DNA of 64,000 nt from Clostridia bacterium (GTDB lineage: Bacteria; Bacillota; Clostridia; JAAYHZ01), in assembly GCA_050950825.1 (NCBI GenBank), contig JBMNIH010000009.1, forward strand, positions 64,001-128,000. Direction: 5' to 3'. Below, piece after piece: positions 57,754 to 64,000 of this stretch. A model generated the notes under the pieces. That model was not told the DNA's origin. It worked only from the letters and a program-made list of their open reading frames with translations, and ran no database searches. Numbering within the stretch: the stretch's first letter is position 1; each line of letters opens with the position of its first letter. The position numbers and the translations under genes were made by a program.

Positions 57754-58995
57754 ATGGTTGCTGAAATAATCGCAATTGGTACGGAACTCCTTATGGGACA
57801 AATCGCCAACACCAACGCACAATATATATCCGGCAGATTGCCGGATATCGGCGTTTATGCATACTATCATACGGTTGTAGGCGATAATCGGGAGCGCATG
57901 ATTGCATGTATTAAGAATGCGTTAAGCCGAGCGGACATTATCATTACCACGGGAGGACTCGGCCCTACCCAGGACGACATTACAAGAGAAGCCGTTTCCG
58001 AAATATTAGAAAAACCTTTGGTATCCGATGCCCGTTGCCTTGCGGATATCGAGGCTTTTTTTAAGAGGATCGGAAGAGAAATGACCTCCAACAACATAAA
58101 GCAAGCAATGTTTCCGGAAGGTGCCGTTATCGTCAAGAACCCTAACGGCACCGCTCCGGGATGTATAATCGAGCATCGGGATAAAACCATTATCATGCTT
58201 CCGGGACCTCCTAATGAAATGAAACCGATGTTTGACAATTTCATCATGCCATACTTGGCGAAAAAAGGGGATTTGAAGCTAAAGTCCGTATATATTCGAA
58301 CCTTCGGGATCGGAGAATCCGCATTGGAAGATGCGATCGAAGATCTTGTCAGCAAGCAAAAAAATCCTACCATAGCCACATACGCTTCGGTGGGCCAGGT
58401 TACCGTACGAATAACCGCACGATACTCGGAAGAAGAAAAAGCGGATGATATATTGAAACCCGTAACGGATGAAATAATGAAGCGATTGGGGGACAAAATA
58501 TATTCCGAGGAAAACAAGGAACTGTATGAAGTTGTCTGTGAGCTTTTATTAAAAAAGAAAACAACCGTATCTCTTGCCGAATCCTGTACCGGCGGAATGA
58601 TCAGCGCATGTTTAACCGATTATCCCGGTATTTCCGAAGTTTATCTTGGAGGTGTTAATGCATATTCCAATGAAATGAAGATGAACTTATTGGGTGTTTC
58701 GGAAGAGACTTTGGATCGATACGGTGCGGTCAGCGAAGCCTGTGCCGTGGAAATGGCAAAAGGAATTCAAAATCGAACGAATTCGGACATCGCCTTGTCC
58801 GTAACCGGCATCGCCGGTCCGGGCGGCGGCACCAAAGACAAGCCGGTAGGCTTGGTCTATGTCTCGCTTGTAACGAAATGCGACGTTTGGGTTAAAAGAC
58901 TGAATTTATGGGGAGATCGTTCAAGAATCCGTGCAAATACTACGCTTCATGCTTTGGACATGATTCGAAGATATTTGTCGGGGCTTGAGTTTTAG
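57754..58995 (+). CDS. cinA: CinA (MoCF-like domain + PncC NMN deamidase)
   Basis: IGTELLMG, TGGLGPTQDD, LPGPP, AESCTGG, TGIAGPGGG. Confidence 0.96.
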   Translation: MVAEIIAIGTELLMGQIANTNAQYISGRLPDIGVYAYYHTVVGDNRERMIACIKNALSRADIIITTGGLGPTQDDITREAVSEILEKPLVSDARCLADIEAFFKRIGREMTSNNIKQAMFPEGAVIVKNPNGTAPGCIIEHRDKTIIMLPGPPNEMKPMFDNFIMPYLAKKGDLKLKSVYIRTFGIGESALEDAIEDLVSKQKNPTIATYASVGQVTVRITARYSEEEKADDILKPVTDEIMKRLGDKIYSEENKELYEVVCELLLKKKTTVSLAESCTGGMISACLTDYPGISEVYLGGVNAYSNEMKMNLLGVSEETLDRYGAVSEACAVEMAKGIQNRTNSDIALSVTGIAGPGGGTKDKPVGLVYVSLVTKCDVWVKRLNLWGDRSRIRANTTLHALDMIRRYLSGLEF

Positions 58996-60621
58996 TTGGT
59001 GAAGGATTTGTTAAAAGAAAAAAAGAACAACATGACCGGTAACGCCATGATGATCATGGTATCGGTCGTTTTAAGCAGAATACTCGGTTTCGTCAGGACG
59101 ATGTTGATTCCCGAAAGATTAGGCGGGATGAACGAAGTCACCGACGCATACAACTTGGCATTTTTATTACCCGATTTGATGTACAGCTTGCTGGTAGGCG
59201 GAGCGATTTCCGCCGCACTGATTCCCATGCTGGCAAGCTATATCGAAAAAAAGGACGAAGAGGACGGTTGGAAAGCCGTCAGTACTTTTGTTAATGCGAC
59301 ATTTATCGCCATGTTTGTGGTAAGCGTGCTGGGCATTGTTTTTGCACCGCAGCTTATGAACATCATCGCTCCGGGCTACGACAAAAGCAACACCGAGGTC
59401 TATGAATTGTCCGTTCAATTGACAAGAATTCTGTTTCCGTCGGTCTGTTTCTTAATGTTGGCCGGGTTATGTAACGGAATCATGAATTCCTACCAAAAGT
59501 TTGTCGTTGCCGCATACGGTCCTTGCCTCTATAACCTGCTGTGTATATTCAGCATTTATTTTCTGAGCAGTGACGACCCGAGCAACCACTATAGTGTTCA
59601 CAGAGTGGTATGGGGAGTAGTATTAAGCTCCTTTATATACTTTTTGTTTCAAATCGCTTTTACATTTAAGCATTTGAAGCACTATCGGTTCGGCTTGTAT
59701 TTTCGACATAAGGGTTTTAAACAAATGCTGAAGCTGGCGATCCCTTCTTTGCTGACGACATCCGTCATGCAAGTCAATATCATCATCTCCAATTCGGTAA
59801 CCACCAATTTTCCGGAAGGCAGTGTTACCGCATTAAATATTGCAAGCAAAACATGGCAGATGCCTTTAGGCATTATAGCGCAGTCCATGGGTGTCGCTAT
59901 GCTGCCCGTTCTGTCCACTCTTTTTGCGGCTGAAAAGAAAGACGAGTTTATTCAAAAATTCAATAAAGCATTGCGAACCGTTCTGATGCTGGCGATCCCT
60001 TCGGCCTTTGCCATGGCGATTTTGGCTAATCCTGTCATTCGAACCTTATTCAAATTTTCGGACAAGCTTACGGAAGGCGATATCGATCTAACGGCTCGCA
60101 TATTGATACTATATTCCATCGCCTTGGTGGCGCAATCCGTCAATACCATATTAAACCGTTCCTTCTTCTCGGTGAAGGATGCCGTAACGCCCCTTCTTTC
60201 CGGATTGGTTGCCATTGCGGTCAATGTCGGCTTTTCTGTTCTCAGTTACCGATATACGGGGATGGAGGTTCGCGGTATTGCTTTGGCGTACTCCCTTGCG
60301 GCTTGTGTAAATATGGTTATATTGATAGGATCCATGAATCGGAAAATGAATATATTAAAAAACAAGAAGCAATTGACCTTGGAAATTGTGAAAATGGTTT
60401 TCGCTTCCGTTATTATGGCATTTGTATTGGTATTGTGCGAGCGTTACCTTCTTCCTTTACTGATCGACCCGAATCTTTATTACGGACGAAAATCGATTCA
60501 AGTGTTGGTCCTTTTATTCGAAGCCGTTGTTGGAGTCGTTTCCTATTTTACCCTTATGATTGTCTTGCGTTCGGAAGACATGCGAGATACCATCCGGCTT
60601 CTGCGAAGAAAACAAGAATAA
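58996..60621 (+). CDS. murJ: Lipid II flippase MurJ (MviN)
   Basis: LSRILGFVR, AFLLPD, GGAISAALIP, QMPLG; many TM segments. Confidence 0.9.
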   Translation: MVKDLLKEKKNNMTGNAMMIMVSVVLSRILGFVRTMLIPERLGGMNEVTDAYNLAFLLPDLMYSLLVGGAISAALIPMLASYIEKKDEEDGWKAVSTFVNATFIAMFVVSVLGIVFAPQLMNIIAPGYDKSNTEVYELSVQLTRILFPSVCFLMLAGLCNGIMNSYQKFVVAAYGPCLYNLLCIFSIYFLSSDDPSNHYSVHRVVWGVVLSSFIYFLFQIAFTFKHLKHYRFGLYFRHKGFKQMLKLAIPSLLTTSVMQVNIIISNSVTTNFPEGSVTALNIASKTWQMPLGIIAQSMGVAMLPVLSTLFAAEKKDEFIQKFNKALRTVLMLAIPSAFAMAILANPVIRTLFKFSDKLTEGDIDLTARILILYSIALVAQSVNTILNRSFFSVKDAVTPLLSGLVAIAVNVGFSVLSYRYTGMEVRGIALAYSLAACVNMVILIGSMNRKMNILKNKKQLTLEIVKMVFASVIMAFVLVLCERYLLPLLIDPNLYYGRKSIQVLVLLFEAVVGVVSYFTLMIVLRSEDMRDTIRLLRRKQE

Positions 60622-60812
60622 TCCGGTTGAAAGCAAACAAAAAATTAAAGATATATCATACAAGAAGGCAACCAAATAGGAGAGGGGAGATACCTGTACG
60701 TTAAAAACCGAAGCATTAACGAGCTTTTCAGTTGATAGCAGCAGCGAACAATCGCTGCTCCATTCTCCTGCAGCAAAAACTCACACTTTTTATGCATATT
60801 TAAAAACCATGC

Positions 60813-61433
60813 TTATGTGTTTTTTATAACGACTTGCTCAATTACGTCGGCTGCGTGTTCACACAGGTCACAGCAATGCTCAAGTCCTTCATACACTGCC
60901 TTCGCACCAACCAAGGCTTTTCCTGTAACGTCAGATCCGAAGAGATTGTAAATTGCATCGATATAAATTCTATCGGCTTCGATTTCAATATCATTAACTT
61001 TAACAAGGAGTTTATGGAGATTCCCGGATTTTTTAAAGTTCTTCAGTTCTCCAACCGCTTCATCCAATGATTTGACACATCTGTTCACAACCTTGGAAAG
61101 CTCAACGGTTTTTGCCGGGATAACATCTATGTGGTACATATAGATATCCAGAATTACCTCGTCCAAAGCATCGGTGATGTCATCAATGATTTGTACCAAG
61201 CGCAGAATATCCTCTTGGTCAATAGGCGTAATAAACTCGGTAGAGAGCTTTTTCAGGATATCATGATGAACAATATCGGCTGTGTGCTCAATCTCATGCA
61301 TGCGTGTTCTATAATCATTGATACTTTCTGCATCAAAGTTACTCAGAATCTCCTCCAATAAATTTGAAGCTTCCACACAGTAAGAGGTTTGCTTTTTTAT
61401 CAATTCAAAATAATCATTTTTTTTCTTAGCCAT
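60813..61433 (-). CDS. DUF47 / PhoU-like phosphate transport accessory protein
   Basis: IEHTAD, FITPIDQEDI, DDITD, EIEAD, CDLCE; AAGGAG RBS. Confidence 0.9.
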   Translation of the reverse strand: MAKKKNDYFELIKKQTSYCVEASNLLEEILSNFDAESINDYRTRMHEIEHTADIVHHDILKKLSTEFITPIDQEDILRLVQIIDDITDALDEVILDIYMYHIDVIPAKTVELSKVVNRCVKSLDEAVGELKNFKKSGNLHKLLVKVNDIEIEADRIYIDAIYNLFGSDVTGKALVGAKAVYEGLEHCCDLCEHAADVIEQVVIKNT

Positions 61434-61446
61434 TTTACATTTCTCC

Positions 61447-62496
61447 TTACGCAAATATCATTAAAAACAATTTTGCCATACCAAAGCCTAAAAGACCGCA
61501 ACCGGGGAATGTGAATACCCAGGTCAGAACCAATTCTCTTACAATGCTCCAGTTTACGTTGCTCATTCTGCGAGCTGCACCTACACCCATAATCGCTGTG
61601 GTTTTTGTATGTGTTGTACTTACGGGAATACCCGTAAGAGAGGATAAAAGCAAGCAAAATGTTGCGGAAAAGTCCGCCGCAAAACCCTGATAGGGTTTTA
61701 ATTTCACCATATCCATCCCAACGGATTTTATAATTCGATATCCGCCTATGGAGGTACCAAGACCCATCACGATGGAGCAAAGAACCATAAGCCATATAGG
61801 AACTACAAAATTCGAGGTATTTGCTTGTCCTCTTGCCATCGCTGCACCAAGCAAAAAAATCGCCATAAACTTCTGACCGTCCTGTGCGCCGTGCATAAAG
61901 GCCATTGCCGCACCACCTGCGACTTGGGCTCCTGAAAAAAAGCGCTCGGACTTTAATCGATTCCGATTACGGAATAATAAAACCGTGAGTTTGGAAGTAG
62001 CAAAACCGAGTCCAAATCCTAAAAAGGTGGAAAGGAAAATTCCGTAAATTACTTTTATCCACTCTGCACCGTTAATTCCGGAAAAACTATTCTGAATAGC
62101 CACGGCGGCACCTGAAATACCTGCAATTAGAGCATGACTCTCGCTTGTCGGAATACCGAAATACCAAGCTGCCGTTGCCCATATAACGATTGCCGCCATA
62201 GCCGCACACAGAGCGATTAAGGCAAGGTGTGAATCACCTCCGAAGTCAACCATCTTGTAAATGGTGAAGGCAACAGAAGCGTTGACGGATGTCATAATAA
62301 GAACACCCAGGAAGTTGAATATGGCAGCCATGATGATTGCTTTCCTCACAGTTATGGCTCTTGTGGAAACACAAGTAGCGATGGCATTTGGTGCATCTGT
62401 CCACCCGTTCACCAATATGACACCTAATGTAAGCAGTGACGATATCATCAGCATAGGGGAACCGATCATTTGACTGATATATTCTGTTATACTCAT
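61447..62496 (-). CDS. pit: Inorganic phosphate transporter (PiT family)
   Basis: NGWTDAPNAIAT, GIPTSESHAL, HGAQDGQK, GIPVSTTH. Confidence 0.92.
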   Translation of the reverse strand: MSITEYISQMIGSPMLMISSLLTLGVILVNGWTDAPNAIATCVSTRAITVRKAIIMAAIFNFLGVLIMTSVNASVAFTIYKMVDFGGDSHLALIALCAAMAAIVIWATAAWYFGIPTSESHALIAGISGAAVAIQNSFSGINGAEWIKVIYGIFLSTFLGFGLGFATSKLTVLLFRNRNRLKSERFFSGAQVAGGAAMAFMHGAQDGQKFMAIFLLGAAMARGQANTSNFVVPIWLMVLCSIVMGLGTSIGGYRIIKSVGMDMVKLKPYQGFAADFSATFCLLLSSLTGIPVSTTHTKTTAIMGVGAARRMSNVNWSIVRELVLTWVFTFPGCGLLGFGMAKLFLMIFA

Positions 62497-62640
62497 AATC
62501 GAATCTCTGACTTTCTTTCGTTTTAGCTGTAAAACCGCCAAAAATATATGAAGGAAAACGGTATACCGGTACGTATATAATCTCTTGTTTTAACCTCATA
62601 GCGGCTTTACGAAGGATTCCGATATCCGTGCCGAATATTA

Positions 62641-62669
62641 AGTATAGTCTAAAATAATCCAATAGTCAA
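62641..62669 (-). promoter_or_regulatory. Sigma-A promoter of pit-DUF47
   Basis: Minus strand TTGACT-N17-TATACT. Confidence 0.7.
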
Positions 62670-63092
62670 TAATACGACACATGTCAAACCGTTTGTAAGA
62701 GCGAGTTTGATCCCTGTTGACACCCGGTCAGAATAATCGAAGAATCAAACCGTAAAATTAAATAAAAGTAGTATTAGAAAAATCTCGAAAACCTTGATGC
62801 AGAGCTTTTTTATATCTTATTAAAAAAATACCGGCATCATAATTGCTATGTAAAATTATACACTCATACATTGATTAGGCGAGTTAATCCCAAAACGAGC
62901 GAGATAATCCCGGCCGGTGGAAGGTCCGGAAAGACTAAAGTGAAGTCAAAAGCACAGCCACAAAGACGGATTCAAATTAAAATACCGGTACTTAACATCA
63001 TAAATTTTGATACTTTAGTTTATCCGGGATGTGAACAGAAACTCCAAAAGAATACAGAAAGAATACAGAATTCGACACTCCCTTGTTTTTCC

Positions 63093-63142
63093 TTGACGAA
63101 AAAAAACGGGTAGAGTATAATGAAAAAAAGAACATTCGTTTT
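63093..63142 (+). promoter_or_regulatory. recA sigma-A promoter with LexA (SOS) box
   Basis: TTGACG-N17-TATAAT, then AGAAC-ATTC-GTTTT, close to the Firmicute GAAC-N4-GTTC box. Confidence 0.8.
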
Positions 63143-63155
63143 ATAGAGGTGTAAA

Positions 63156-64000
63156 ATGGTAGAAAAGAAGAAAGCTCTGGAAATGGCTCTTGCGCAAATA
63201 GAAAAGCAATTCGGTAAAGGCTCGGTAATGAAATTAGGCGACAATTCCCGGATGAATATTGAAACCATATCGACGGGATCCGTAGGTTTGGATCTCGCTT
63301 TAGGTATCGGAGGGGTTCCCCGCGGAAGAATCGTCGAAATATACGGACCGGAATCATCCGGTAAAACCACCGTAGCTCTGCATATGATTGCAGAAGCGCA
63401 AAAAGCCGGGGGAGAAGCGGCTTTTATTGACGCGGAGCATGCCTTGGATCCCAATTATGCAAAAAATTTGGGAGTAGATACGGATAATTTGATTGTGTCC
63501 CAACCGGACACCGGCGAACAAGCGTTGGAAATATGCGAGGCTTTGGTAAGAAGCGGTGCCATAGACATCATCGTCATTGACTCGGTAGCCGCCTTGGTAC
63601 CGAAAGCGGAAATCGACGGGGAAATGGGAGACTCTCATATCGGTTTGCAAGCACGCCTTATGTCCCAAGCTTTAAGAAAGCTAGCGGGTGTTGTGAGCAA
63701 ATCTCGTACTACCGCCATCTTTATTAACCAATTGAGGGAAAAAGTCGGGGTCATGTTCGGAAATCCGGAGGTAACACCCGGCGGACGAGCTTTGAAATTT
63801 TACGCCTCCATTCGAATGGATGTTCGAAGAGTCGATTCCTTGAAAAAAGACAATGAAATTATCGGTAACAGAACCCGAGTTAAAATCGTAAAAAACAAGA
63901 TTGCACCTCCTTTTAAAGAAGCCGAATTCGATATCATATACGGTAAGGGAATCTCGAAGGAAGGGGATTTGCTGGATATCGCCGTACAATTGGATATCAT
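63156..64000 (+). CDS. recA: Recombinase A (3' end beyond the window)
   Basis: Translated by hand: [57 protein letters not shown]. Confidence 0.98.
   Translation, partial: MVEKKKALEMALAQIEKQFGKGSVMKLGDNSRMNIETISTGSVGLDLALGIGGVPRGRIVEIYGPESSGKTTVALHMIAEAQKAGGEAAFIDAEHALDPNYAKNLGVDTDNLIVSQPDTGEQALEICEALVRSGAIDIIVIDSVAALVPKAEIDGEMGDSHIGLQARLMSQALRKLAGVVSKSRTTAIFINQLREKVGVMFGNPEVTPGGRALKFYASIRMDVRRVDSLKKDNEIIGNRTRVKIVKNKIAPPFKEAEFDIIYGKGISKEGDLLDIAVQLDI

Noticed and set aside
60740-60759. Hairpin AGCAGCGA-ACAA-TCGCTGCT between murJ and DUF47
   Set aside because: No U tract on either strand; function cannot be assigned
62864-63001. Minus-strand hydrophobic reading frame with one internal TGA (possible pseudogene remnant); also + strand ORF 62871-63113
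   Set aside because: No RBS or recognisable homology; too short to support a call
63047-63068. 11-bp tandem repeat AAAGAATACAG x2 upstream of the recA promoter
   Set aside because: Only two copies and no spacers; not a CRISPR or a supportable regulatory site
428-63989. The many 60-220 aa antisense or alternative-frame ORFs in the track (e.g. 9065-9685, 16005-16652, 19297-19905, 30275-30925, 57867-58517)
   Set aside because: They lie within well-supported genes and lack recognisable motifs; treated as shadow ORFs
1-64000. CRISPR arrays, tRNA/rRNA genes, IS elements, prophage, defence systems
   Set aside because: None seen; intergenic regions are short and mostly explained by promoters, terminators and leaders

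Overview
A 64 kb chromosomal window from a spore-forming Clostridia-like bacterium (spoIVA, spoIIM, ytfI/ytfJ, sigma-A and sigma-E-like promoters, a T-box). Most genes lie on the + strand. I found no rRNA, tRNA, CRISPR array, prophage or IS element. Contents in order: NAD salvage (nrtR-pncA-pncB); a GH1-GH13-GPH permease sugar cassette; two tandem 670-aa paralogues of an unassigned glycoside-hydrolase-like family, followed by a BadF-type sugar kinase and a UPF0309/NagS-like SIS protein; spoIVA, dnaE, pfkA, pgsA; a DUF5685 / Cys-tailed J-domain module; an ECF S component with a terminator-bearing leader; mutS2, mltG, trmR-like and U32 genes, proC, rnhA; spoIIM, xerD-like, pdp, dacF-like, scpAB; ytfI/ytfJ, a G1P dehydrogenase-like gene, MarR with an ABC exporter pair; uvrB; a Phe T-box ahead of a phenylacetate-CoA ligase and an ACT protein; cinA, murJ, a pit/DUF47 cassette, and recA cut by the window edge. 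Best leads: (1) an apparent CTGG/CCAG-to-CCGG mutational drive, with six conserved GH13 residues altered in exactly that way; (2) a candidate uncharacterised amino-sugar catabolic operon; (3) Phe T-box control implying anabolic phenylacetate salvage; (4) the DUF5685 / J-protein module; (5) unassigned structured leader RNAs. All family calls come from recalled motifs. No database search was run.
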